Origin: Terriglobia bacterium
GTDB lineage: Bacteria > Acidobacteriota > Terriglobia > 20CM-2-55-15
Length of the DNA: 64,000 nucleotides
NCBI GenBank assembly: GCA_965198225.1
Contig: CBDAOY010000006.1
Location: 960,001-1,024,000, forward strand
Direction of reading: 5' to 3'
Part shown: piece after piece, positions 42,788-52,479 of the stretch
How the letters are laid out: the number at the start of each line of letters is the position of its first letter
Numbering within the stretch: the first letter of the stretch is position 1
The notes under the pieces: model-generated
What the model was told of the DNA's origin: nothing
What the model saw: only the letters and a program-made list of their open reading frames with translations
The model's database searches: none
Translations under genes and position numbers: made by a program

Positions 42788-43516
42788 CGCTGTTGCAGTC
42801 AGCAATACCTTCTCAACCTCGGCGGCGATGCGCTCGTGTACGCTCGTGCTTCCGATCGAGATCGAAGGGACACGAATGATCCGGCTTGCAGAATACCGCA
42901 GTGGTCGCAAGATTGGCTTTCGACCGTTAAAGAGGAGCTGCCAAAGAGATTCGTAGAGCTTGAGCAGGAACACGAACAATCGCTGCATTTCGGCAACATT
43001 CGTGCGCCCCGTTAATGTTCCCAAGTCCGAGCCCCCCGCTACCTCCTTGTGAGCGAACACCTTATGGCGCAAATCGCGATAATTCCTCTCGTAGATCTTG
43101 CGATATTTCTTGATGTGTCTCCGTAATCGGCGGAAATCGGACGGCTTCGGCTCGTAGACATCTTTAAGATAGTCGTCGATCCACTCCGCCGCATTCGACG
43201 AGAGGCGCTTCTTGCGCTTCGCCAACTCCGCTTTCGAGAAGATTGCCGGATTCCGTTTGGCGATCACGAACATAGCATCGAGATTGTGCCTCGAGCCTTG
43301 ATCGAAGACACGACCAAGGGCTATCAGAGCCGACGTCTGCAGGCTGCCTGAAACTGTCGTCCAAAACAGCGCGTTCTCATTAAAGAAGTCGAGGACTCCA
43401 TCGTTTTGTTTGGCAACTTCGTGAAGAGACAGCCAGGAGTAGAAGAACTGCGCGGCCGTTTCTACCTCGCCGCGGAACACCTCAAGCTCCTTCTCAAATC
43501 GCTCGGCGTCGCTCAT
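42725..43516 (-). CDS. HEPN (AbiU2-like) putative RNase cassette
   Basis: Start MSDAERF; ALFW...SL...LIALGRVFD; RHKVFAH Rx4-6H motif. Confidence 0.72.
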   Translation of the reverse strand: MSDAERFEKELEVFRGEVETAAQFFYSWLSLHEVAKQNDGVLDFFNENALFWTTVSGSLQTSALIALGRVFDQGSRHNLDAMFVIAKRNPAIFSKAELAKRKKRLSSNAAEWIDDYLKDVYEPKPSDFRRLRRHIKKYRKIYERNYRDLRHKVFAHKEVAGGSDLGTLTGRTNVAEMQRLFVFLLKLYESLWQLLFNGRKPILRPLRYSASRIIRVPSISIGSTSVHERIAAEVEKVLLTATAARQAAAPDRGHGNLLESKEK

Positions 43517-43633
43517 CTTCTTCGTCGGCCATCGCGGTAGAACGGCCAGTTTCCCAAACCGCCCCCGCACAGATCCCGGCGTGCCGTTTTCCAGCACCGG
43601 GCTCCTCAGAAGTACTCGCCTCCGCGTCGGGCC

Positions 43634-44274
43634 TCAGGATAGAGAAACCGCCGTTCGGATCTGGACTCGGGGCCGCACGTGGATGTGTGGCTCGGGCACC
43701 TTGAAATGGTTCAGCAAATCCTTGAAGCCTTGCCGTTTGAAACTGCGGCGTTGACTTCGCCGGTTTAACCACTTCCAGAGAATCGCCATCGCCTCATGGT
43801 AGAACTCCTGCAATCCCACGCTGTTGCCGCTCACCCCGTAGTATTGGTAGTACCCTCGGAGTTTCGGACTCAGCGCTGGGAACAGCTTGCGGAGGGGCGT
43901 GGACCGGTTCTCCTTGCACCACTGGGTGAAGTTGGCCAGCGAATTCCGGAGCTTCTTCCGAGAGGTCCGGCGCTTCAGGTGGGGCTTGCCGCTGCGATCT
44001 TTCCCCCAGTAAAACTCAAATCCCAGAAAGTCGAACCGGGTTGCACCTGGTTCGACTTTCCGGCTGAAGGGGATCACCCGGCTCTTTGCCTTCGCTAGCC
44101 GCAGTCCGAACTGTTCCAGTCGATGCTCCAGCACCCCGAAAAAGTGTTGCGCTTCGTCCTGATTCTCAAACGCGCACACAAAATCGTCCGCGTATCGAAT
44201 CAGGCACGCCTGAAGAACCGGGTGTGTTTCTTCTCCTGTGCCTTCTTTGCTATTGCCAGCAGTGAGGTTGGCAT
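43634..44274 (-). pseudogene. Intron-encoded reverse transcriptase/maturase with an internal deletion
   Basis: MPTSLLAIAKKAQEKKHTRF joined out of frame to LIRYADDFV..FDFLGF..LRGYYQYYG..WLNRRSQR. Confidence 0.88.
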
Positions 44275-44373
44275 TGTGTGTTCCGGCCCTTCATCGCCGG
44301 ACAATGTTTCCTGTACCGACTACGTACTTCTGTCCGCCCCTTCCCCCTGTGATCGGCGCGACCGTCTCCGAGT

Positions 44374-45280
44374 GTAGAGTCGAAAGTGGTCGGGCCGATC
44401 GGCCCTTCCACCGTCCGCTCAATCAAACGGCTCGTGCGGTTTTCCCGCAAGCCGCTTTCCTCAGTTGCTCCTCGTTCGGAATTCGCTGTGTGGCGGCAGG
44501 TGGCGGCTTCGTTCGTACCGCGTTTGGGTCTTTCGCTAAGGGAACTATCCAAGTTCACGATATCTCCGCGTTTCCCATCGCTCGCACATTCACGACTGAG
44601 TACGGGGACTTCCCCCTCCAACGGGCCTTTTGGACCCGCCAGCGCCGCTGCTCGAAGCAACGATCCGAGACCTTATGTTTGCCGTCTCGTTCCTGAGTAC
44701 TATTCCCCGATCCGATTCCTGACACCGCGTCGGCCGGAATTTCGCTCTCGCTTATATCCGCACCTACCGCGCAGGGCTCTAGGTCGATGTTTGTCTTCTC
44801 GGTTGCCCGCCCTTTCGTCTGCGGGTGCCACATCATCTCGACCTTACCTTCCGCTCGGACGATACCAGGCCTCCCTGGGTCACTCGCGTCTCTTCTCCAC
44901 CGTGTCGCCCGCACACACCTTGGTGCGATGGGGTGGAACCAAATGCGCCTTCGCCCCCATAGTGCGGGCTCGACCATTCCCCATCTTTGGCCGACCGGTT
45001 CATCCTCGGGATCGCTCCCTTCGATTACGACCCGGTGGTTCTCCTCATGCCCTTCAGACCCCACCTCGCGGTGGGCGCCCTGCCCTCCAAAGTTTCCGTA
45101 GGTGGCTCCAGCTCTGCCTTGTCCGTGTCCGGCTTTCGCCTTCGTGCCCGTTTAGGCATCTGCCATACCTGCCTACACTCCGGCCAGTGAGGCATTACCC
45201 CCACTTGTTGGATATCGACCCGTGGCCTCGGGCCGAGCGGGACTTTAACCCGCCGGAAACGCGTGCTGCCAGGCACGCAC
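44374..45280 (-). ncRNA. ORF-less group II intron nested in the first intron
   Basis: 5' GTGCG with hairpins like the host's; domain V GAAAGCGGCTTGCGGGAAAACCGCACGAGCCGTTT; 3' TTCGACTCTAC; no RT ORF. Confidence 0.82.
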
Positions 45281-45821
45281 TATGAGCGGATCTGACTCCC
45301 TGCGACTCCTCGGCGGCTCTTCTTTCGGTCGAACTCGCCTACCCGCGGCGGTCGTCGGTCCGGCGTCGGGTGCGTTTAGGCTCCGGCCTACCTGGGTCCG
45401 GGTTTCCCCCTGTGTGGGCTCACTAGCCGTATGCCCTGCGCACCGTCGTTTCGGATCGCGTCTCCGCTCGGGAACCCGCAGGGTCTCCCAAGTTCCTGAC
45501 GCTTCTCTGCATGCATGCCACGCTCTAAAGTGGACCCCGGCAGACCCTCGCGGACCTCACCAAAATCGGTCCGTCTGTGTTGGCTTCCGGTACCGTTAAC
45601 ACCGTCGCCCTCTGCTCTAAGCCACATGACGGGGCTGTATCAAGCTTTGGAGTTCGCGGTCTCTCCTGCGGCCTGCATGCTTCCCTGTGTACGCTTCAAC
45701 TGACTTGTTCGGCTTCGTGCCTCCTGAGTCGCAGTTGCAACACTCGGTAGGAGTGGGTGGTTAACCCTTACTCCGCAGGGACTCTCACCCTGCAAGAAGC
45801 GCCAAGCTTTGCTTGGCGCAC

Positions 45822-45911
45822 CAACGGCTGATGGCTCATCTGCGGTGGCCACCACCAGTCTCAATTCAAGAGAATACCTTGGCCGCAGTCTGGTGCGTCC
45901 GCCTGTTGGGC
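45822..45911 (-). other. attC site (core split by the intron)
   Basis: GCCCAAC...GTTG|GGC, perfectly complementary once the intron is removed. Confidence 0.85.
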
Positions 45912-45918
45912 AGCATTG

Positions 45919-46533
45919 TTACGGTTGCAGTCTTAGCGCATACCCCTGTCGAGCGCCGCTCTCGTCACGATCATTCAAGTGCCCTCCGATGCGACTCCCA
46001 ACGCCGATGTTCACGCTGCCAGTCGATTCTAGCGACAATATCTCGGAGAAGCCGCCTTCCTTCTGGAGGTTAAGGAGTGCGCGTAAATTGTGCTCAGAGA
46101 TCATTACTCGGACCTCGGGAATGCCAGCTTCAAAGGCACTCAGTATCTCGGGATTAATCGTCCTCAATAGTTCGACTATCCGTGTACGAAGAGGCGGGAG
46201 TGCTGGCTGTTCGACTGTTCGTGCTGCACCACTCAGGATCACATCGATCTTTGGTCGTGCGGGAGTAATGTCGATCTTGACCTTGAGTTCGAGGAATCCA
46301 TCGAACGAGTCGTCATCAGGAGAGCTTGATGTGTAGCTGTGAACGTGATCCGGAGCCAGCGACACCTCCTGTTTCGTGCGCTCGTTGACGAGCACTACGG
46401 TCCGATCTTCGCGGACTTGGACTACTTCCCAGTTGTCATCAACAGGTTGGTAGTTCTGGCCCTGCCAACGGCCGGGGGTGGGGCGCAGGCGGAGATGACG
46501 GTCGGCGAGCGCCTTGAGCATTCTCAGCTTCAT
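45919..46533 (-). CDS. Hypothetical cassette protein
   Basis: ORF MKLRMLK... exactly between two attC sites. Confidence 0.7.
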   Translation of the reverse strand: MKLRMLKALADRHLRLRPTPGRWQGQNYQPVDDNWEVVQVREDRTVVLVNERTKQEVSLAPDHVHSYTSSSPDDDSFDGFLELKVKIDITPARPKIDVILSGAARTVEQPALPPLRTRIVELLRTINPEILSAFEAGIPEVRVMISEHNLRALLNLQKEGGFSEILSLESTGSVNIGVGSRIGGHLNDRDESGARQGYALRLQP

Positions 46534-46576
46534 GGCGATGTGTGTCCGGGCATGGAAGCCAGATGGCGTAGAGTTT

Positions 46577-46636
46577 GCGCAACGGCTTGGCAATCAGCGG
46601 CCAGCGCAGCCGGTCCGCTGCGTTGCATGGTTAGCC
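46577..46636 (-). other. attC site
   Basis: GGCTAAC-CATGC-AACGCAGCGG...CCGCTGATT...GTTGCGC, 60 bp. Confidence 0.75.
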
Positions 46637-46639
46637 AAT

Positions 46640-47416
46640 TCAGAGTGGCTCGTCTTCGTCGTAGGCATACCGCCACTGCTGCAGCGGGGTCCCAGTCACA
46701 GCGTGGAGGACTTCCTCGCCGACCTGCTTCAAAGCCTTTCCCTCGGCAAGAATCGCAAGCCGCGTCGAGTCGTGCGCCGGCAGCCTCGCTTCGTCAAGAC
46801 AAAGGTAGATTAGCACCGGCATCCCAAGCTTCGCCTCGACTTGCTCCGCCAGTGCACGTTCAAGTCGAGGCCAATCTCGATCGCGCGAATTAGTCGAATA
46901 CACAGCAAGGATTTTGTCAGACTGCGCAACCGCCGTTTCGATGTTGTCCTGAATGGTAGACCCTGCGACGAAGAACTGGCAGTCTCGGATAACACGCAGG
47001 CCATTGTCGCGTAGCCATTGATCAATCTTGTTGACGCGTTCCGAGTCCGCCGATGCGTAACAGATGAACACGGACGGCCGATCCCAAGCCTCCGGACGGC
47101 GCAGTCGCTCGAATATCGAAGGTGAGAATCGATGGAGGAGCTCGGTTGTAAGGTGCTCCCGAGTACCGGGACCCACGGCACCGTCCGCGACCCGATGACG
47201 GAAACTCTCCTGGAACTTCTGCACCAACTCTCTAAGGCCCTCGTCATACAAATCCTCCTCGGCCGACGCAGGTGAGTCCGAGGATACTCCGAGCATCGCG
47301 AGGGCCTTTCGCAGATTCCCACATGCAACTCCCCGATCGCCGACGCGAAGAACGTTGTGGCCGTCATCCTGATGGCGAAAATAGTGGATGTATCGCTTCA
47401 CAAGAATGTCAGTCAT
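46640..47416 (-). CDS. Peptidoglycan-binding-like domain plus TIR domain cassette protein
   Basis: LRVGDRG...VQKFQ.....DGAVGPGT (PGBD); VFICYASAD...L...G..V..D...AG..I..NI..AV..SD...WPRLE (TIR). Confidence 0.82.
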   Translation of the reverse strand: MTDILVKRYIHYFRHQDDGHNVLRVGDRGVACGNLRKALAMLGVSSDSPASAEEDLYDEGLRELVQKFQESFRHRVADGAVGPGTREHLTTELLHRFSPSIFERLRRPEAWDRPSVFICYASADSERVNKIDQWLRDNGLRVIRDCQFFVAGSTIQDNIETAVAQSDKILAVYSTNSRDRDWPRLERALAEQVEAKLGMPVLIYLCLDEARLPAHDSTRLAILAEGKALKQVGEEVLHAVTGTPLQQWRYAYDEDEPL

Positions 47417-47438
47417 GCTTACAGGATAACGCTTGCCT

Positions 47439-47538
47439 GGCTAACGGACTGACGATCAGCCGCGATCGGCACCCCAATAACCGTCAATTCGGCTGAAACC
47501 ACCCAGCGCCGTTCGACTGCTGCAGCGGCGTGTTAGGC
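47439..47538 (-). other. attC site
   Basis: GCCTAAC-ACGCC-GCTGCAGC...GCTGATC...GTTAGCC, 100 bp. Confidence 0.85.
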
Positions 47539-47549
47539 GGCGCTTCCGT

Positions 47550-48350
47550 TCAAGCAGGGCTCGGCTTCCTGCTGATTTCCGCCCTGATCTCAGGGCTGCC
47601 TGCAGCTAAATAGCGGTCGAATACACTGAGGTGGGCAATTTCCGTTTGACAATAATGTCCGTGCCAGCCTGACACCCAGCCCCCTACAACGACCGTGTCG
47701 TCGACCTGCTGGGGCCATCTCTTGAAGTCTCCCCGCACAATATCGTTTCCGGCAGTGCCTCGGTCAACGAAGAAACTCTGCCGTTCAGCGCTTCGGTCCC
47801 ATGCGACGACGAAGTGATGCCAACCCGGGTTAAGGCCATCCTTGACGATAAGCTGGCGTCCGTACTCCGCTTCTGAATTCGACGTCTGCACTTCCCATCT
47901 ATCCCGGGAACTCGCATGCCGGAGCGCGAATTGATTTCGATACGTGTCCTTCTTGTCACCGCCTCCCGTGTGGTGCGAGAGCAGATAGCGATTGGATGGG
48001 GATGATCGCAGGCCTTCTCCCTTGGGTGGCACGCTAACCCACAGCGAGAGCGTGCACTCCGGCCAGAGTAGGAACCCACCGTCGATCTTCTTGCGATTCT
48101 GTCTATCGGCGGAGATCGAGAGTGGCTCATCCAGTTCACTGAAGACCGCACTGGTCACATCTGTTTGTGGCTCCTTCTTTCTCGGGTCGCGCAACGACAC
48201 GACTTCAACGGTTAGCCAAAGCAACCATCCAACAACCACCGAAGTCAGCATGACCAGCGACGCCACATACTGGCCTGTGAACCCACTGACAATCGCGCCC
48301 AGAGTACCGATGGCCCCAAGAAGACCCAGTAGTTTGTCAGTTCTGTTCAT
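47550..48350 (-). CDS. 2-TM plus LamG/ConA-like domain cassette protein
   Basis: TLSLWV, GWHHFVVAWD, FFVD, VVVGG, LSVFDRYL..EI. Confidence 0.72.
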   Translation of the reverse strand: MNRTDKLLGLLGAIGTLGAIVSGFTGQYVASLVMLTSVVVGWLLWLTVEVVSLRDPRKKEPQTDVTSAVFSELDEPLSISADRQNRKKIDGGFLLWPECTLSLWVSVPPKGEGLRSSPSNRYLLSHHTGGGDKKDTYRNQFALRHASSRDRWEVQTSNSEAEYGRQLIVKDGLNPGWHHFVVAWDRSAERQSFFVDRGTAGNDIVRGDFKRWPQQVDDTVVVGGWVSGWHGHYCQTEIAHLSVFDRYLAAGSPEIRAEISRKPSPA

Positions 48351-48367
48351 TAATCGAGTACCCGTCT

Positions 48368-48465
48368 GCCTAACGGCTCAACGTTCAGCCGCAAACGGCG
48401 CTGCGATCAGTTTCAGTTCCGCCCCATCGTGGGCGCCGTTTGAAGGCTGCAACGTTTTGTTAGAC
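48368..48465 (-). other. attC site
   Basis: GTCTAAC-AAAAC-GTTGCAGC..CAAACGGCGC...GCGCCGTTTG..GCTGAAC...GTTAGGC. Confidence 0.9.
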
Positions 48466-48467
48466 AT

Positions 48468-49043
48468 CTACTCTGGGAGCCTTCCTTTCGCCTCCCATTC
48501 CAATGGCGCATTTGGGGAGGACCGTGTGAAGCTCGTCACGCGAATCTGAAACCCGTCTGCCGTCTGGTCCACTAGCTCAAAATCGCTGCGGTCAACGACG
48601 CTGCGGTCAATATTCGGAAATGCAAGTTGCGGCGGTGACGCGAACGGCGTTGGATAATAGATCTGATATTGTCCTGTTCCCCCGATCTGGATGCCTCCCA
48701 TAAAGGTCGTGAGCCCTTCCTCCGCCATCCAACTGTCACTCACGGCCGTAATGCCGACTACCGCTAACAGAATCGCGAGAATAGCTATCAGATCCACTCA
48801 TGCGACGATCTTTCGTCCTCTATCCTGCTCTTGTGACGCCTGCAGGATCTCCCCTCGAGCTGTAATGATCCGCATGCAAAAAAAGCCGAGCACCAAACCG
48901 ATCGGATACATCCATTTCTGATGAGCAAGACCTTCCATAAACAGAATTGGAGCCCCGCTGAGTGCAGCCCCAAGTACTGTCGCCACGATTTTCGGGCTGA
49001 CCTTGGCAGGAATGGAAATCAGATGTGAAAGAACAAATCCAAC
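48468..49043 (-). pseudogene. Membrane plus H-type-lectin-like cassette gene, 5'-truncated by IS21, with an in-frame TGA at 48798
   Basis: Two in-frame ORFs (IVA*VDLIA); C-terminal YPTPFASPP...TADGFQI...WEAKG. Confidence 0.55.
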
Positions 49044-49280
49044 GCCTCGGCGGTCACCCAAAACCGGCCAATGGTGGTCACCTGAAAACCGGCCAACGAA
49101 CATAGATAAGCCCGGGACATTGACACCGACGGGAAGCCGAAACAGGCTCCGTCGGCATTGAGCAAGTACCCGTCTGACCCTAACGGACGTCGGCGGTCAG
49201 CCAATGGTGGCTGAAAACCGGCGAACATAGATAAGCGGGACATTGACACCGACGGGAAGCCGAAACAGCTCCGTTGAGCA

Positions 49281-50912
49281 ATGTTGAGCACAGAAAAGAG
49301 AGAGCAAGTTGTTGCATTGGGGCGGCTTGGATGGCCGCTGCGTCGGATCGAACAGACCACCGGCGTGCGTCGTGAGACGGCCAGTGCGTATCTGAGAGCG
49401 GCCGGAATCCCCATTCGGCCGCCCGGGAGTTGGGGCCGGCGACCGGCAAAACCGGCCAACGAGGTGACCACCGACCCGGACGGCGTAAATGGTGTCGTTG
49501 AGGGGTTTGGCGGTTCCGATACTTCAAAACCGGCCAACGAAGTGACCACCGACCCGGAGGCCGAGAATCCGGTCTCGGCAGAGTCGTCGGCTCCCCCTCC
49601 AAGCCCACCGTCGGGCAGTTCCTGCGAGCCGTACCGGGAGACCATCCAACAGGCGCTGGAGCGTGGCCGCAACGCGATGGCGATCTGGCAGGACCTGGTC
49701 ACGGATCACGGTTTTGTCGGCAGCTACGAATCGGTCAAGCGTTTCGTTCGCAAACTCCGGGGAGTGCGATCCCCGGAAGCGGTCGGAATCATCCAGACCG
49801 GAGCTGGAGAGGAAGCGCAGGTCGACTACGGGACCGGACCGATGGTCCGGGATCCGAAGACGGGCAAGTACCGACGGACGCGGCTGTTCGTGATGACGTT
49901 GGGCTACAGCCGCAAATCGGTCCGGCTGCTGACGTTCAAGTCCAGTTCCCGCATCTGGGCCCAGTTGCACGAGACCGCGTTCCGCCGACTCGGCGGCACT
50001 CCCCGCCTCATCGTGCTGGATAACCTGCGCGAAGGCGTGATCGTCCCGGACCATTACGACCCCACCCTGAATCCGTTGTTTCGAGATGTCCTGACCCATT
50101 ACGGCGTGGTGGCCATGCCATGCCGGGTGCGCGATCCAGACCGCAAAGGCAAAGTCGAATCCGGTGTCGGGCACGCCCAGAAGACCCCATTGAAGGGACA
50201 GCGCTTCGAGAGCCTCGACCAGGCCCAGGGGTATCTGGATCGCTGGGAAGTCCGATGGGCCGACACCCGCATCCACGGCACGACCAAGCGGCAGGTGGCG
50301 GCCATGTTCGCCGAAGAGAAACCATCTCTTAAGCCGCTGCCGATCGAACCGTTTCGCTATTACCAATTCGGTGAACGTGTCGTCCATCTCGACGGTTGCG
50401 TCGAAGTCGAAGCCGCCTATTACAGTGTACCGCCGGGCTGGATCGGACGGGGTGTCAAGGTCCAGTGGGACACGCTTCACGTCCGGATCCTGGACCCAAA
50501 CACCTATCCACTCCTCCGCGAGCATGTCCGCCAGAAGCGGGGTGGATACCGTGTCCGTGCTGAAGACAACCCGAAGAAAACCCCGTTAACGACGGTGCAA
50601 CTGCTGGCCCGAGCCCGCCGCGCTGGCACCCACATCGGCACACTCTGTGACGCCATTCACCGCCGACAAGGGGAAGCTGCGGTCCGCCGCATCCTGGGTG
50701 TGCTCTCCCTGGCCAAGAAGTACGGTGTCTCCGCCGTGGAGGATGCTTCGGCTGCGGCACTGGAACTCCACGTCTACGAGTATCGTTTCGTCCGCCGCTA
50801 TCTGGAGCGGCGACCTCCACTCGCCCTGCGTCAGGTCGATCCTCTCATTCGCGAACTGACTCAGTATCGCGATCTCATCAACCTCAAAATCCAGGAGCAG
50901 GAACACTCATGA
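49281..50912 (+). CDS. istA: IS21 transposase
   Basis: GEEAQVDYG, VLDNLREG, KGKVESGV. Confidence 0.93.
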   Translation: MLSTEKREQVVALGRLGWPLRRIEQTTGVRRETASAYLRAAGIPIRPPGSWGRRPAKPANEVTTDPDGVNGVVEGFGGSDTSKPANEVTTDPEAENPVSAESSAPPPSPPSGSSCEPYRETIQQALERGRNAMAIWQDLVTDHGFVGSYESVKRFVRKLRGVRSPEAVGIIQTGAGEEAQVDYGTGPMVRDPKTGKYRRTRLFVMTLGYSRKSVRLLTFKSSSRIWAQLHETAFRRLGGTPRLIVLDNLREGVIVPDHYDPTLNPLFRDVLTHYGVVAMPCRVRDPDRKGKVESGVGHAQKTPLKGQRFESLDQAQGYLDRWEVRWADTRIHGTTKRQVAAMFAEEKPSLKPLPIEPFRYYQFGERVVHLDGCVEVEAAYYSVPPGWIGRGVKVQWDTLHVRILDPNTYPLLREHVRQKRGGYRVRAEDNPKKTPLTTVQLLARARRAGTHIGTLCDAIHRRQGEAAVRRILGVLSLAKKYGVSAVEDASAAALELHVYEYRFVRRYLERRPPLALRQVDPLIRELTQYRDLINLKIQEQEHS

Positions 50913-51664
50913 ATCTGATCGAACTCCAGCGGGCTCTCCGACAACTCCGGCTCGGCGGCATTGCCGAGGTGTTGGAAACACGCCTCCACCAGGCCCAGAC
51001 CGAAGCCATGGCGCCGATCGACTTGGTCTCTCGTCTGGTCTCGGATGAACTGGACCGTCGCAGCATCCGGTTGTTGGAACGGCGTCGGAAACAGGCCCGG
51101 TTCCGCGATCCCCAGAAGACGCTCGACTCCTTCGACTTTACTTTCAACAAGAAGATGAATCGTAGTCTGGTCTTCGACCTGGCGACGGGCGCCTTCATCT
51201 CCAGGCACGACGATGCCTTGTTTCTCGGTCCTCCTGGCACCGGCAAGAGTCATCTGGCTCAGGCCATCGGCTTGGCTGCCATTGAGCAGGGCTATCGGGT
51301 CGTCTACCGTGAAACTCATGCGCTTCTCGACGACATCGCCGAAGCCACCATTGACGGTACCCGAAAGGAGTGCATGGAAGCTTTGGCGACGGTCCCGCTG
51401 CTGATCATCGACGATCTGGGGATGCGGAAGCTTCCTCCCACTGCAGCAGAGGAACTCCTCGAGATCGTGATGCGACGCTATGAACGGACCAGTACGTTAC
51501 TGACATCGAATCGACCCGTCCAAGACTGGGGAAAACTACTGGGTGATAGCGCCGCCGTCACAGCCATGCTGGACCGGCTGCTCCATCACGGCCACATCCT
51601 CAAATGCGGCCCTCGGAGTTGGAGGACTAAAACGGGCTTGCCGAGTCCAGTCCCAAAGAGGTAG
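50909..51664 (+). CDS. istB: IS21 helper ATPase
   Basis: GPPGTGKSH, LLIIDDLG, TSNR, LDRLLHH. Confidence 0.95.
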   Translation: MNLIELQRALRQLRLGGIAEVLETRLHQAQTEAMAPIDLVSRLVSDELDRRSIRLLERRRKQARFRDPQKTLDSFDFTFNKKMNRSLVFDLATGAFISRHDDALFLGPPGTGKSHLAQAIGLAAIEQGYRVVYRETHALLDDIAEATIDGTRKECMEALATVPLLIIDDLGMRKLPPTAAEELLEIVMRRYERTSTLLTSNRPVQDWGKLLGDSAAVTAMLDRLLHHGHILKCGPRSWRTKTGLPSPVPKR

Positions 51665-51744
51665 AACAACACCGTCCCGGGCCATCCCCGTTGGCCGGTT
51701 TTGAAGTGACCATCGTTGGCCGGTTTTGAAGTGACCACTGAGGC

Positions 51745-52464
51745 TGGCTCACTCCTGAGGCTGTCCTTTTTCTCGAAGCTGCACGTCCCGGGTCCGAGCT
51801 TCTCAGGGAACGTTGCCTGGAAGCAATGCAGCCTGTCCAAACCGTTGGTGAGTCACAGAACCAACAAGTGATCACCGATGTATTAGCACGTTCCTTTGGC
51901 GGCGACGAGCCGATATTGGAAGCGCTGCTTGACCGTTTTGAGCCCACGATAGACAGCGATGCCCTGATCCTCGCGCTGTGCAAGGGCTGGCCTGAATCTA
52001 GCGTTATCGACGAGCTCTATGCAGAGCTCCAGACGCAGAAAGAGCCTGTGTCTTTGGTTGCGCTATATGCAGTGGTCTACGGGCGAATACCCGATCAAGA
52101 ACTTCCTGATCGGTTGCGGCGCGACCTCGACGAGGGAGGCACCACATCCCACGAATACATATCGGAGGCGCTGGATTCTGCTATCAGAAGCAGGCTGACG
52201 AGAGACGCAGGCGCCTGTGAGGCGCTGGAAGACCGGCTAAACCAAGGCTCACTTGACGCTAACCTCACCGCGACCGTGCCTAGGCTCCTTTCGCGAACGC
52301 GGGGACTGTCAACACAGCTGCGAAAGTGGTGCGAAACGGAATACGAACGCCAGGTGAAACTCCGCTCACCGGAGATCGGCTTTGATCTCACGGAAAGGTC
52401 GTTCCGGGGTGTCGCTCTTAGCCTGCTGGATTCACTAGACGTGCTAGGGCGAAGGAGAGACTGA
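51745..52464 (+). pseudogene. C-terminal fragment of a larger helical protein truncated by IS21
   Basis: The reading frame of the 51826 ORF stays open back to the IS end. Confidence 0.55.
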
Positions 52465-52479
52465 AAGGCCGCAGTCTTC

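Larger units (their letters stand above)
43531..45821 (-). mobile_element. Group II intron inserted in the attC core site
   Basis: 5' GTGCG; domain V GAGCCCGGTGC...GCACGCCGGGATCTG; 3' CTACCGCGAT; the exons rejoin to GTTG/GGC. Confidence 0.9.
49044..51744 (+). mobile_element. IS21-family insertion sequence
   Basis: IRs GCCTCGGCGGTCAC.. / GCCTCAGTGGTCAC.. with multiple AAAACCGGCCAA repeats; istA-istB; no TSD. Confidence 0.93.

Noticed and set aside
43516-43597. N-terminal extension MLENGTPGSVRG of the HEPN ORF
   Set aside because: It is translated intron domain V/VI; the real start is 43516
43634-44274. RT as a DGR or retron diversifying the kinases
   Set aside because: It has group II maturase motifs and ribozyme ends; I saw no TR/VR pair with adenine-specific differences
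44238-45864. Multiple overlapping ORFs in the track
   Set aside because: They fall within structured intron RNA and have no protein motifs
48798-48800. In-frame TGA as selenocysteine or recoding
   Set aside because: Hydrophobic context fits a TGG-to-TGA nonsense change in an already truncated gene; other genes use TGA as stop
49044-49560. AAAACCGGCCAA repeats as a CRISPR array
   Set aside because: They are IS21 terminal repeats with irregular spacing, and there are no cas genes
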